A stretch of 64,000 nucleotides of DNA, from NCBI GenBank assembly GCA_963675745.2, contig CAXXWX010000015.1, positions 96,001 to 160,000 of the forward strand, in the 5' to 3' direction. Positions 12,066 to 22,473 of the stretch are shown here, in pieces (position 1 is the stretch's first letter; the number at the start of each line of letters is the position of its first letter). This stretch comes from Phycisphaerae bacterium. GTDB taxonomy: Bacteria > Planctomycetota > Phycisphaerae > UBA1845 > Fen-1342. The position numbers and the translations under genes are program-made. A model generated the notes under the pieces. The model was not told the origin of the DNA and ran no database searches. It saw only the letters and a list, made by a program, of their open reading frames with translations.

Positions 12066-13229
12066 ATGAACCGACACGTGATTCTCTCGGCATCGTGGAT
12101 TACCGTGATTGTCTTGGCCATGAATATTGGCCCCGCATGGGCCGGCGAAGGAGGAGCATACCACATGCTCGGGTCGATCGAGAAACACGCCTGGGGCAAA
12201 ACCGACGACGGACGGCCGGCGTGTCTGTACACGCTCATCAACGCCAGCGGCATGACGATGAAGGTCAGCAATTACGGCTGCATCATCGTTGCGCTCACGG
12301 CCCCCGACAAAAACGGCAAGTTCGACGACGTCGTGCTCGGCTACGAGCAACTGGCCGACTATCTCAAGGACACCCCCTACTTCGGCAGCGTCGTGGGCCG
12401 CTATGGCAACCGTATCGCCGCGGGCAAATTCACGCTCGACGGCAAGGAATACACGCTTGCCACCAACAACGGCCCGAATCATCTGCACGGCGGGCTCAAG
12501 GGCTTCGACAAGGTTCTCTGGGAAACGAAAGCCATCGTGCGCGACGGGGCCGTCGGCCTGCGATTCCACTATGTCAGTACGGACGGCGAAGAAGGCTACC
12601 CCGGCAACCTGGATGTGACGATGTACTACTGGCTGACGGACGCCAATGAGCTGCGGATCGAGTACGCCGCCACAACGGACCAGGCGACTCCCGTTAACTT
12701 GACGCATCACAGCTACTTCAACCTGGCGGGCGCCGGCACGGGCGACATCCTCGGCCACCAGCTCATGCTGGCCGCCGACCGTTTCACGCCGGTCGACGAG
12801 GGCCTGATCCCCACGGGCGAACTGCGGCCGGTGGTTGGCACCCCCTTTGATTTCACCCAGCCGACGCCCATCGGTGCGCGTGTCAATCAGGACAACCAGC
12901 AGTTGGAGTATGGCGGCGGGTATGACCATAACTTCGTGCTGACGCGCTGGGACGGCAAGTTGCGCCTGGCCGCGACGGTCTACGAGCCCGGCAGCGGGAG
13001 ACTCATGGACGTGCTGACCACCGAGCCCGGCGTTCAGTTTTATTGCGGCAATTTCCTGGACGGCAGCAACATCGGCAAAGGCGACAAGCCGTACCAGCAT
13101 CGCTACGGCTTCTGCCTCGAGACGCAGCATTTTCCGGATTCGCCCAATCAGCCGGCGTTCCCGTCCACCACGCTGCGCCCCGGTGAGAAATACAGCCACA
13201 CAACGGTCTACCGCTTTAGTGCAAAATGA
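12066..13229 (+). CDS. galM: Aldose 1-epimerase (galactose mutarotase) with signal peptide
   Basis: GRYGNRI, NHLHGG, GEEGYPG, NLTHHSYFNL, GYDHNF, CLETQHFPDSPN; AAAGGAGG RBS; hydrophobic N-terminus ending AWA. Confidence 0.95.
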   Translation: MNRHVILSASWITVIVLAMNIGPAWAGEGGAYHMLGSIEKHAWGKTDDGRPACLYTLINASGMTMKVSNYGCIIVALTAPDKNGKFDDVVLGYEQLADYLKDTPYFGSVVGRYGNRIAAGKFTLDGKEYTLATNNGPNHLHGGLKGFDKVLWETKAIVRDGAVGLRFHYVSTDGEEGYPGNLDVTMYYWLTDANELRIEYAATTDQATPVNLTHHSYFNLAGAGTGDILGHQLMLAADRFTPVDEGLIPTGELRPVVGTPFDFTQPTPIGARVNQDNQQLEYGGGYDHNFVLTRWDGKLRLAATVYEPGSGRLMDVLTTEPGVQFYCGNFLDGSNIGKGDKPYQHRYGFCLETQHFPDSPNQPAFPSTTLRPGEKYSHTTVYRFSAK

Positions 13230-13289
13230 TCGTCGGATGGTACAGCAATCTCTGTGGCACCGGTTTTCAATCGGGTATCCGTCCAGCGT

Positions 13290-13368
13290 GTAGCGGCTCG
13301 CGCCTCGCAGGCCGACGAATACCGGGGGCGCCTCCGCGCCCGGCGGCCTGCGAGGCGCAGGCCGCTAC
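13290..13368. repeat. Inverted pair of REP palindromes (REPIN-like)
   Basis: gtagcggctcgcgcctcgcaggccg at 13290 and cggcctgcgaggcgcaggccgctac at 13344-13368. Confidence 0.85.
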
Positions 13369-13414
13369 AGAGCCGGGCGGCAGACGGTGGTTGATCATTG
13401 CAAGGAGTCTGCTC

Positions 13415-14778
13415 ATGCACCGCGCACTTGGCCTTTCCGCCGGCCTGATATTGCTGCTATTGGTCGGGTGCGCGATGCCCGGTCGCGTTGAGCTGCGCTC
13501 GCGTACGGGGGGCAGTGCCGCGCTATATCGCCAGTTTCAGGCCTTCGATGGAGCCAGCGGTCGACGGCTATCGTTCGACGCGCTGGTTGGCCGCTGCCGG
13601 GCGGCCGACGTGATCATGTTCGGCGAGCAGCACGGGGCCGTGGTGTGTAACCAGCTTCAGGCCCAGCTCGTGCACGCGCTGATCGATTCCGGCCGGCGGT
13701 TCGCGCTGGCGATGGAGTTCTTCGAAACGGATACGCAGGCTGCGCTCGACGCGTATCTGCGTGGCAGACTGGATGAATCGGCTTTAACCAGCTTCAGGCC
13801 CAGCTCGTGCACGCGCTGATCGATTCCGGCCGGCGGTTCGCGCTGGCGATGGAGTTCTTCGAAACGGATACGCAGGCTGCGCTCGACGCGTATCTGCGTG
13901 GCAGACTGGATGAATCGGCTTTCCGCGAGCAAGCGCGACAGAAGGGTGCGTACCTGATCTCACACCGGCCGCTGATCGAGTTGTGTCGCGCGGCGCGCGT
14001 CCCGGTCATCGCCGCCAACGCTCCGCGCCGGCTGGTTAGCGCGTACCGCAAATCCGGCGAAGACTACGCGGCCTACCGCGCGTCCGTGACGCCGGAAGAG
14101 CAGCGCTGGCTGCCGGCGGAATGCTCGGAACTGACGGGGGCGTATCGCGACCGTTTCCTGGAGGTGATGAGCTCGCACGGACCGGCGTCAGCCCCCGCGA
14201 TGCCAGCTCCGATGACGGCGCCAACTTCACAGCCGGCGCAGCCGCCCACGACGCAGCCGAGCGGGATGCCGGTTGTCGAGCATCCAACTACGCAGCCGGT
14301 TGAGCATCCGACCACCCAGCCGGTTGAGCGTCCCATGATGCCTCCGATCATGCCGCCAGGGGCCACGGCTGAGCATGTCCCCACCGCAAGCGAGCCGCCG
14401 CCGACGCCTACGACCATGCCCACGACCATGCCAACCACGGCACCTTCCTCAACTGATGAAGACGCGCCGCCCGATCCCGCGGCGATGTTGGCCAAGGCGG
14501 AGGCGTTCTTCGCCGCCCAGCTTCTGTGGGACGAGGCGATGGCGGATTCGGTGGCGCAGTTCCGCGAGACTTTCCCGGCCTACGATGTGCTGCTGATCGT
14601 TGGCACCTTCCATGTCGAGCAGGAGGGTGGCACGTACCTCAAATACCGCCAACGCCGCCCGAACGACCGCGTGCTCACAGTGGTCTACCGCGGCGTGACG
14701 GATGGCGAATTCGAGTTGGCCGACGACGACCGCAACGCCGCCGACATTGTGGTTTATGGTATGGCGGAGGGGGATTAG
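13415..14778 (+). pseudogene. ChaN-family lipoprotein, frameshifted by a 137-bp tandem duplication; carries a Pro/Thr-rich insert
   Basis: Lipobox LVGC; ADVIMFGEQH, LAMEFFE, VIAANAPR, AQLLWDEAMA, IVGTFH; 13649-13785 is repeated at 13786-13922. Confidence 0.8.
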
Positions 14779-14787
14779 GGGGAAGAG

Positions 14788-14856
14788 AGGCAACAAGGCA
14801 ACCAGGCAACAAGGCAACAAGGCAACGAGGCGTCTGCGCTCTCTTGTTGCTTCTCT
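14788..14856 (+). repeat. Octamer array (AGGCAACN)x5 with a partial inverted partner
   Basis: aggcaaca aggcaacc aggcaaca aggcaaca aggcaacg aggc, then cttgttgcttctct at 14843-14856. Confidence 0.9.
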
Positions 14857-15024
14857 GGGATAGTGGCCGCGTGCTCCAGCGTAACTTGGGCTTCGTCGCC
14901 ATCACCACGGATTGCCCCCCTCTTTCGCGAGAATTTCTTGTGCATTGCGGCGACCGGTGAGATAATCGGTTGTCCGAGGGGCATATCTGGTCCGGCTATG
15001 ACATCTATAGCGGAGGGACTGCAC

Positions 15025-16218
15025 ATGCTCCCACGACACATCACCATGGGCTTGGCGCTAATTGTCACGGCGGGCGGTTTGGCGCAGGCGCAGGATCTGC
15101 GGGGCGATCTGAACTGCGATGGGTTGGTCAACAACGGCGACATCGACGCGTTCGTGCTCGCCCTGACTGACCCGTCGGGCTACGCGGCGGCTTACCCGAC
15201 GTGCAATATCAGCATGGCCGACACAAACTGCGACGGTCTGGTCAACAATGGGGACATCGAGGGGTTCGTAGCGGGCGTCAGCGGCGGGAGCGTACGATCC
15301 TGTCCCGGGGACATGGCCCTGATCCCCGCCGGCGAGTACGAGATGGGCTGCCATACGGGAGACTGCTACGCCGAATGGCTGCCGTTGCACAACGTCTACC
15401 TGGATTCGTTCCACATCGGCGTGTACGAGGTGACGGCGCAGGAGTACGCCGATGGACTGAACTGGGCGCTCGGACAGGGTGGCTTGATCGAAGTCAGAAA
15501 CGACGTCGTGTACAAGTACGCCGACACGGACGCGTACTGCAACCTCTTTAGCGCGTATCCCCGGTGTCGGATTCACTACAGTGGCTCGTCGTTCACCGTT
15601 ACGTCGGGTATGGAGGCCCACCCGATAACCGACGTGAGCTGGGTCGGAGCGGCGGCTTACTGCAACTGGCTCAGTGTGCAAAACGGGCTGGCGCCCTGCT
15701 ACAACATCGAGACGTGGGAGTGTAACTTCGACGCCGACGGATATCGGCTGCCCACGGAGGCCGAATGGGAGTATGCGGCGCGGGGCGGCGCGCACGATCC
15801 TTACTACATGTACCCGTGGGGCGACACGCTCGATGGATCGATGGCCAATTGCAGCGATTCGGGCGATCCCTACGAGGGAGAGAACCCGGAGACCACGCCG
15901 GTAGGCTACTACGACGGTGGCCAGATACCGGCCGGCTCGGACATGGCGAACGGGTACGGGCTGTACGACGTCTCCGGAAACGTGCGGGAGTGGTGCCACG
16001 ACTGGTACAGCGACAGCTACTACAGCGCGTACGCGCCCGACGGTTGGCCACCGAATCCGATCGGGCCGGCGGATGGCATATATCGAGTTACGCGCGGCGG
16101 CTGCTGGTGGGACTACGCCGGCATCCGCAACCGGATGCAGTGTGCCGGTCGCTTCTATAACTCGTGGTGGGGCCGCAGCAGCACGGACGGCTTCCGCGTA
16201 GCCAAGCCGGCCCCGTAA
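15025..16218 (+). CDS. Secreted protein with N-terminal dockerin-like pair and FGE-sulfatase (SUMF1-like) domain
   Basis: Signal peptide; GDLNCDGLVNNGDID / ADTNCDGLVNNGDIE; YRLPTEAEWEYAARGG, NGYGLYDVSGNVREWC, RVTRGG, GFRV. Confidence 0.9.
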   Translation: MLPRHITMGLALIVTAGGLAQAQDLRGDLNCDGLVNNGDIDAFVLALTDPSGYAAAYPTCNISMADTNCDGLVNNGDIEGFVAGVSGGSVRSCPGDMALIPAGEYEMGCHTGDCYAEWLPLHNVYLDSFHIGVYEVTAQEYADGLNWALGQGGLIEVRNDVVYKYADTDAYCNLFSAYPRCRIHYSGSSFTVTSGMEAHPITDVSWVGAAAYCNWLSVQNGLAPCYNIETWECNFDADGYRLPTEAEWEYAARGGAHDPYYMYPWGDTLDGSMANCSDSGDPYEGENPETTPVGYYDGGQIPAGSDMANGYGLYDVSGNVREWCHDWYSDSYYSAYAPDGWPPNPIGPADGIYRVTRGGCWWDYAGIRNRMQCAGRFYNSWWGRSSTDGFRVAKPAP

Positions 16219-16244
16219 CGCAAAATCACCTAGCCACCGAATGA

Positions 16245-16286
16245 CCTTGTGGCCTCGTGGCCTTGTGGCCTTGTGGCCTGATTGCC
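16245..16286 (-). repeat. Octamer array (AGGCCACA)n on the minus strand
   Basis: ccttgtgg cctcgtgg ccttgtgg ccttgtgg cctgattg cc. Confidence 0.9.
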
Positions 16287-16389
16287 CCCCCATTCCACTC
16301 CCCACCCCGAAATATAATTGCATCCAGCTATAAATGTGCTATCATTGCAATAGCACCGGGGCGGTGCGGTGAATGAAGGAGACTGAATC

Positions 16390-17289
16390 ATGGCGTCAAA
16401 CGAATTCGATCGTCGTGTGACCAGTGGCTGGGTGGCGTTACCCATCTTGATTATCGCAATTATCGGAACAGGAATACTGCTCACCCGGGCGATCATGGCG
16501 GCCGCAAAGGCCGGTCATCCGTCGTTCGGCATTATCGCGCCGATTGTCGGATGGAGTTTGGCCATAGTGGTCATCATCGTGCTGATGGCCGGGTTCTTTA
16601 CGATTCAGCCGAATCGGGCGGCTGTGCTGCTGCTGTTCGGTGCTTACAAGGGCACCGTCCGCACCTCCGGCTTTCACTGGGCCAACCCGTTCTATGACAA
16701 GCACAAGATCTCGCTGCGGACGCGAAACTTCAACACTGACACGCTGAAGGTCAACGACGCGCGCGGTAACCCCATCGACATCGCCGCCGTGGTTGTCTGG
16801 CGGGTGGACAACACTGCGCAGGCTTCGTTCGACGTGGACGATTACGAAGATTATGTGCAGGTGCAGAGCGAGTCGGCCGTGCGGCACCTGGCCAGCAATT
16901 ACCCCTACGACACGACCGAAGACGACCAGCTCTCGTTGCGCGGCAGCATGGACGAGGTTTCGGAGACGCTCCAGGTCGAGCTTCAGGAGCGGCTCAGCAA
17001 AGCCGGCGTGATTGTCGAGGAAACGCGGCTCAGCCACCTCGCCTACGCGGCGGAGATCGCCGGCGCCATGTTACGCCGTCAGCAGGCCGAAGCCGTCGTC
17101 GCCGCCCGTATCCGCATTGTCGAGGGCGCGGTGGGCATGGTCGAGACGGCATTGGAACGGCTTCAGGAGCACAACACGGTTGAACTCGATGAAGAGCGCA
17201 AAGCGGCGATGGTCAGCAACCTGCTCGTGGTGCTTTGCGGCGAACAGGCCGCCCAGCCCGTGGTGAATACCGGGACACTGTACTCGTAA
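16390..17289 (+). CDS. SPFH / band 7 domain membrane protein
   Basis: Two TM helices, [47 protein letters not shown]. Confidence 0.93.
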   Translation: MASNEFDRRVTSGWVALPILIIAIIGTGILLTRAIMAAAKAGHPSFGIIAPIVGWSLAIVVIIVLMAGFFTIQPNRAAVLLLFGAYKGTVRTSGFHWANPFYDKHKISLRTRNFNTDTLKVNDARGNPIDIAAVVVWRVDNTAQASFDVDDYEDYVQVQSESAVRHLASNYPYDTTEDDQLSLRGSMDEVSETLQVELQERLSKAGVIVEETRLSHLAYAAEIAGAMLRRQQAEAVVAARIRIVEGAVGMVETALERLQEHNTVELDEERKAAMVSNLLVVLCGEQAAQPVVNTGTLYS

Positions 17290-17397
17290 TTCACCGCGCC
17301 GGGCGCACACGCGCCGGGCCCCGCCGCCTGGACGAACGGAATCGCCCGGCGGCGGGCTCGTGTTTTGCCAAAGACAAGGGCGTCCGGCTTTGAACCT

Positions 17398-17573
17398 CAG
17401 CGGCCACGAAAAGTAGCGACCCTGAGGAGCAGCGGCCCAGAGAAGTAGCGGCCTCAAAAAGTGGCGGCCGACCCCCGAGTCGGCCGTAGGTACGCCGGTT
17501 GACGATCGCCGACAAAAACGTCCGACTCGGGGGTCGGACGCTACGACATAGGACGCTACGGCGTCGGACGTCA
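17398..17573. repeat. Second REP variant as an inverted pair with reiterated partial heads and tails
   Basis: gtggcggccgacccccgagtcggccg (17461-17486) and cgtccgactcgggggtcggacgctac (17519-17544); extra gtagcg heads and ggacgctac tails. Confidence 0.8.
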
Positions 17574-17618
17574 CTGGAAACGCGACTCACTCGCGAGGAA
17601 TGCGAACGGTTGTGATCA

Positions 17619-17819
17619 ATGGCTGACAAAAAGAAAGCCATTCTGCTACGCATCCCACCCGACTTGTGGGAGAAGCTGAACTCGTGGGCCAAGGACGACC
17701 TGCGCAGCGTCAATGCCCAGATCGAGTACCTGCTGCGCGAGGCGGTCCGCCGCCGCCGCGGGAAGCTGGACGCGCCGCCGGGGGATCATGGCGACTCGTC
17801 CGGGGCATCTGCGGGATAG
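17619..17819 (+). CDS. Arc-like ribbon-helix-helix protein, a common partner of this SPFH subfamily
   Basis: KKAILLRIPPDLWEKLNSWAKDDLRSVNAQIEYLLREA. Confidence 0.88.
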   Translation: MADKKKAILLRIPPDLWEKLNSWAKDDLRSVNAQIEYLLREAVRRRRGKLDAPPGDHGDSSGASAG

Positions 17820-17917
17820 TTGATGCCCCACGCCGTGGGTTGCGCCCTGGTCGACATGGCAGGAACCATACTCGGCGTGCAACACCGAGTGCGATGCGGG
17901 GAATCAACCGAAGTAGC

Positions 17918-19111
17918 TCATCGCAGATCGAATTCTGCCACGATATGGGGCCGTTCAGCCAACAGACGCTCCAAGTGGCTATCAGGCCACATTTCGATGC
18001 GGGGCAGAGCCCTCTCCGTGTTGTGCCTCTCAATGAGCCGCACGGCGTCAATCGTGAATCTGCCACTCGTGGCAACTATAAGCACATCAACGGAGGGTGG
18101 CTCCCACAGCTTCATTTGCTCGCGGGCATGCGCGACCTCCTGTGGCCCGACACTCTTGGATAGCCAGTGTTTGCACTGAATGATCACACGTGCTCGCTGT
18201 GTCTCGGCCAGCGAATCATCATGCACGCGTGACACAGACAAGTCTCTCCCCCGATCCTGAGCGCAAGTGCGCGTGAGCCACTGGGGATCCTCATACCCAC
18301 TCGCATCGCCGATGAGGCAAAACACAAGTCGTTCAAAGTCCTCCGGCCTTAGGCTTTCCCATCGAAGACCTATCGCGACGGAGCCGGACGGTTGACCGGT
18401 CACCAAGTTGCCAAGATCTTCGACGACGACCGGCGTTGGATCATCGTTGGCGTAAAGCGCCTGCGACACGCTCGAGTTGATAGCAGGCCAGTCATTGTTC
18501 AGCACATCAACGAGGTCGCACCTTAGTCCAAAGTGAAGGTGCCGATGCAAGTCGGCCCATCTTGCTGGTCGGGTAAAGCTGTTGCCTAGCAGAATACCGA
18601 GCTGCCTAACGGAAGCCTTGAGAGCATCCCAGGCCGGGTGATCGACCGGGCCATCGCCGATTTCGGGCAGCGCGGCCCTGAGCGTCTCGCTGTGTGCTCC
18701 GATTTCCGCAAGACGATCGATTACTGCGCTACGCACCAACTCACGCCTCGCCCTGTTGAACTTGAATCGATACTTGCGGATGATCGGCCCCTGACTGGCG
18801 ATCTGACGCTCTATGGTCAGCGCGCACTCAATGTCATTGACTTCATGGGCGTCCATTCGCATCTGGGCGATATCATCCAGATCGAGAAGCTCGTCCGTGA
18901 TCCGGAAGCCATCTAGTGCTGGAACATGTGGTAGGATGCTGCGGAACGCCAAGCAGTCGTTCTCGTAGGTTGCAGCATCAGGGGTCGAGCAAGCGAACCT
19001 GATGCCGTCAGGTATGAGTTTCGCGATCTCATCCCAGAGTCGCTCGATCTTCATCAGATTGGCTTCAGTCGCCGCGAACACACGCAGTGCGTCATCGATT
19101 CGGCTCGTCAC
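17918..19111 (-). CDS. Mrr-like restriction endonuclease domain fused to a helical N-terminal domain
   Basis: LRPEDFERLV...DRGRDL...IIQCKHW...IVATSGRFT...LERLL; visibly more A/T-rich than flanking genes. Confidence 0.85.
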   Translation of the reverse strand: MTSRIDDALRVFAATEANLMKIERLWDEIAKLIPDGIRFACSTPDAATYENDCLAFRSILPHVPALDGFRITDELLDLDDIAQMRMDAHEVNDIECALTIERQIASQGPIIRKYRFKFNRARRELVRSAVIDRLAEIGAHSETLRAALPEIGDGPVDHPAWDALKASVRQLGILLGNSFTRPARWADLHRHLHFGLRCDLVDVLNNDWPAINSSVSQALYANDDPTPVVVEDLGNLVTGQPSGSVAIGLRWESLRPEDFERLVFCLIGDASGYEDPQWLTRTCAQDRGRDLSVSRVHDDSLAETQRARVIIQCKHWLSKSVGPQEVAHAREQMKLWEPPSVDVLIVATSGRFTIDAVRLIERHNTERALPRIEMWPDSHLERLLAERPHIVAEFDLR

Positions 19112-19385
19112 GGCTCGCGTCTCCTTGGGTATCTACTCGATCACCGCGCCGGCCCGTCTGCCAACACTGAATCGGTTCCGACAAGTACGGCGCCAGGACG
19201 CATTCATCGCCAGCCCAGGCGGCGATTGCGACTTCCAGGTGCAGGGCGAACCGCTCGCGCGGGGGGATGGGCTGCTTGATGGTCTCCACGGCCAACGTGG
19301 TTCTCCCCACCTGCCGGGCTCCCATGATGGCGACTACAAAAGAACTCCGATGCAGGCGCAGGACTGCGCCCAGTATGTCGCTCAC
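19092..19385 (-). pseudogene. Remnant N-terminus of an AAA-family ATP-binding protein
   Basis: VVAIMGARQVGRTTLA (decayed Walker A of GxRQxGKTTL type), after which similarity is lost. Confidence 0.55.
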
Positions 19386-19581
19386 TCAGAATCCTGACGT
19401 CTGATCATACTGGAAAACTCGGAGGCTGTCTCCGAGTCTTCATGGTTGCCGCGCGGAAGAGTCTGTCCGCACGCGGAACGCGATCACTGTGCAATAGGCT
19501 CTGTGTTGCGACACCCTGCTCCCGCCATTCAGCATATCGTGCCGGTGCCGCACTTGTGCGAGTGCGACATCGCGCACTAGC

Positions 19582-21702
19582 ATGCCACGAACGGTGAGGC
19601 GGATGCGACAGGTTGTGCCAAGCGACATTCTGGTGCTGGTTGTGGCCGCGCTGGCTTGCCTGGTGCCAACGGCCTGGGTGGCGTTGCCGGGCGCGGTTGT
19701 GCTGACGCTGTACCTGCCGGGCCGATTCATCATCGATATTCTCGAACGACGCGGCGCACTACCCGGCCGCCCCTGGCTCGATATTGCCGCCGCACTTGTC
19801 ATCATGCCCGTGGCGCTCAACTGGATCTGGCGGCTGTCGAACGAGTGGTCGGCGGTTCTCGCCGGCGTGGTGGCGTGCAACGCCATATTGCTGATAGTCC
19901 GCGGCCGACGAGAAGCGCGGTCGCCTGCGCCGGCCATGTTCGACAGCCCGACGCAACGCAGGTTGTTTGGCGTGCTGCTCGTGTTTGTCGGCCTATGCGT
20001 GTTTGCATCAATCTGGCTGCCTGAGGCCGGTGACAGCGTCGCCACGCGCAGCGCGCGCGATTACGTTAAGCACCATGCCGTGCTGTTCTCGCTTGATCGG
20101 GCACCACTGCCGCTGCAAAACCCGTTTTACGCTCTCGAACGCGACACGCCCTACTACTACTACCAATACCACCACCACGTGGCCGCGGCGTTGCGCAAAC
20201 TGGCGGGGCCGAGTGTCTCAATCGGGCTGGCCTTCGCCATCAGCTCGGCGCTTTTGGCCGTAACGTTCGTCGCGGTCGTCTTTGTCATCGCGCGCGGCGT
20301 GGTTCACTCGGCCGGGGGGGCCCTGCTGGCGGCGGCCTGTGTCAGCATCATTGGCGGATGGGATGTAATTCCCACGGCGCTGCGCGTCATCGCCGGCCAT
20401 TCTCCGCCGATCATCCTTGATTCATGGTGTCCGATCCCATGGCGGGCACACAACCTCATGACGCAATACATGTGGTGCCCGCAGCACATCGCGGCGACGC
20501 TGGCGTTGATGTTGGCGGCACACCTGCTGCACCATCTGCCGCGCAGCCGTTGGTGGATGCTGCTGGGGCCGCTGCTGGGGGCGTCGATCTTCGGCAGCAG
20601 CGTATACCTGGCGATGACGTTCTTTGTCGCGGCCGCCGCGTACATCCTGCTCGAAATCTGGCGAGCGCGCGGCAACCCGGCGCAGTGGCGCCGCCTGCTC
20701 GGCGCGACCGTGGTGATCGCGATACTGGGCGCCGTCCTGATGGGGCGCCAGGCCTGGGAATATCAGCAGATGGGCGCGCGCCTCTCCGGCGGTCTGGTGC
20801 TCACGTGGGAACGGCTGAGCTGCGCGGGCCCGGGGCGTCTGCTGCCGGCCGGTCCGCTGGCCAATTGGCTCGACGCGCCCTGGCTGCTAATGATCGATCT
20901 CGGGCTACCGGGGCTGGCCTGCCTGCTGATCGCGCCCGCCGCGTGGTCACGCATATGGCGTGACAACGGTACGCGGCTGCTGCTGATCGCCGGCGTGATC
21001 GGCACGTTTGCGCTGTACACGGTGCGCAGCAGTGTGAGCCCGTTTGACTACAGTTTTCGCGTGGCGATTATGCCGTTTCAGGTGGTTGCGGCGCTCTGCG
21101 CGGGGATGCTGCTGTGGTCTGCGGACGTGCGGCCCATGGTGCGGCGTTGGCGCCGGCCGGTGGTGGTTCTCGGCGCATTGATCGGCCTGGCCGTCGGCGT
21201 GTACGAAGCGCCGCTGATGGCCGTGCGGTCACGGTTGCTCGGCGCCGCGTTTGGCGATGATGCCGGTGCGCTCCGTTTCTTGCGCGAGCAGACGCCGGCG
21301 GACGCCGTGGTTCAGGGCGCTCCCCGCGGGCGCGTTGACCTGCTACAACTGATCGGCCGGCAGATGGGCGTGAGCGATCCGGACGATTCGCACGTGCGCG
21401 TGTTCTACCCGCTGGATATGGCGCGCATGCGCCAAGTGTGCGACCGCGTCGACCGCGCTTTCGACACCGTGTCCAGCGCGGAAGCGTTTGCGAGCATGCG
21501 CGCGGCGTGCGTGACGCACGTGCTGGTCGGCGGCGTGGAGCGCGAACGCCGCGACGCGGTGGCGCAGTTCGAAGACCGGACATTGTTCGAGCCGGTCTAT
21601 CGTGACGATACCGCCACCGTGTTTCGCCTGCGCCCCGACACCGGGCCGCTTGCCAGCCGGCCGGCCGTCGGCGAAACTGATGCGGGAGACGACGAGCCAT
21701 GA
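19582..21702 (+). CDS. Polytopic membrane protein, possibly GT-C-fold glycosyltransferase-like
   Basis: Many TM helices, RDYVKH and PYYYYQYH loop motifs, soluble C-terminal domain; start uncertain. Confidence 0.6.
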   Translation: MPRTVRRMRQVVPSDILVLVVAALACLVPTAWVALPGAVVLTLYLPGRFIIDILERRGALPGRPWLDIAAALVIMPVALNWIWRLSNEWSAVLAGVVACNAILLIVRGRREARSPAPAMFDSPTQRRLFGVLLVFVGLCVFASIWLPEAGDSVATRSARDYVKHHAVLFSLDRAPLPLQNPFYALERDTPYYYYQYHHHVAAALRKLAGPSVSIGLAFAISSALLAVTFVAVVFVIARGVVHSAGGALLAAACVSIIGGWDVIPTALRVIAGHSPPIILDSWCPIPWRAHNLMTQYMWCPQHIAATLALMLAAHLLHHLPRSRWWMLLGPLLGASIFGSSVYLAMTFFVAAAAYILLEIWRARGNPAQWRRLLGATVVIAILGAVLMGRQAWEYQQMGARLSGGLVLTWERLSCAGPGRLLPAGPLANWLDAPWLLMIDLGLPGLACLLIAPAAWSRIWRDNGTRLLLIAGVIGTFALYTVRSSVSPFDYSFRVAIMPFQVVAALCAGMLLWSADVRPMVRRWRRPVVVLGALIGLAVGVYEAPLMAVRSRLLGAAFGDDAGALRFLREQTPADAVVQGAPRGRVDLLQLIGRQMGVSDPDDSHVRVFYPLDMARMRQVCDRVDRAFDTVSSAEAFASMRAACVTHVLVGGVERERRDAVAQFEDRTLFEPVYRDDTATVFRLRPDTGPLASRPAVGETDAGDDEP

Positions 21703-22301
21703 ATGCCGGTCAATACCTACTGCGAATCGCACGCTGGTTGCCGATGCTGCTTGGTTTCACACTGCCGGCGGCGCTGGCCGAGGATGCCCCGGTAACGATA
21801 ACGGGCGGCGCCGACGACAACGGTCAGAATTACCATTGGACAGTCACCAACCACTCCGATTCGCCGATCGTGCGGATCGAGATTCCGCACTATCACGGCG
21901 ACCAGTTTTCCCCGCCTGACGGATGGAAGCAGAACTGTACGTTTCTGGTCAACGTCGGGGTACCGGACAAGCCCGGCATTTGCGTGGCGTACGTGGACTA
22001 TCCAATGCAGGGCCTTCAGCCGGGGCAATCGAAGACGATCCATCTGCGCATCGCGCGCGCCGGCGCCCAGCATCGGCCGGGAACGGTTGATGTCCACTTC
22101 GCCAACGGCAGCGAATTCGCGGTCAGGGGTGTGGAGCTGCCCACGCAGGCAACGCTGATGGAGCGTTACGTCGGGTTGGTCGGCTTCGCGGTGTTGTTTG
22201 TGCTAGTGTTGATCTTCCACGCGCGCCGCCAGAAACGCCGAGCCATCGAGGCGGCGAACTCAGCGGCGGACGACGACCCCCCCCCGCGCGAGGCTACCTG
22301 A
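21699..22301 (+). CDS. Exported protein with C-terminal membrane anchor
   Basis: Signal peptide (AALA), beta-rich core, TM helix followed by HARRQKRR; ATGA overlap with the upstream gene. Confidence 0.7.
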   Translation: MNAGQYLLRIARWLPMLLGFTLPAALAEDAPVTITGGADDNGQNYHWTVTNHSDSPIVRIEIPHYHGDQFSPPDGWKQNCTFLVNVGVPDKPGICVAYVDYPMQGLQPGQSKTIHLRIARAGAQHRPGTVDVHFANGSEFAVRGVELPTQATLMERYVGLVGFAVLFVLVLIFHARRQKRRAIEAANSAADDDPPPREAT

Positions 22302-22473
22302 CAGGCGGCCCTGCTCAAATCGACAGGCTTGCGGCGGCTGCCGCCTCGGCGGTCGACGGTCGATGCGCATAAGGGGGGCGGCGGTGGCTAGGAGTGCCAA
22401 TCGCCGCCCCTGGGCACAAAACGGGTATCGTTACTCCACGGCTAAAGCCGCCCTCGAACTTACGCTGCGGGTC

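Noticed and set aside
12066..12145. Signal peptide on GalM
   Set aside because: Exported mutarotases are already known in other bacteria
16080..16218. C-terminus of the FGE-domain protein as a diversity-generating retroelement variable region
   Set aside because: I found no template repeat or reverse transcriptase in the window, and codons such as TGG TGG do not fit AAC-derived variation; a remote DGR cannot be excluded
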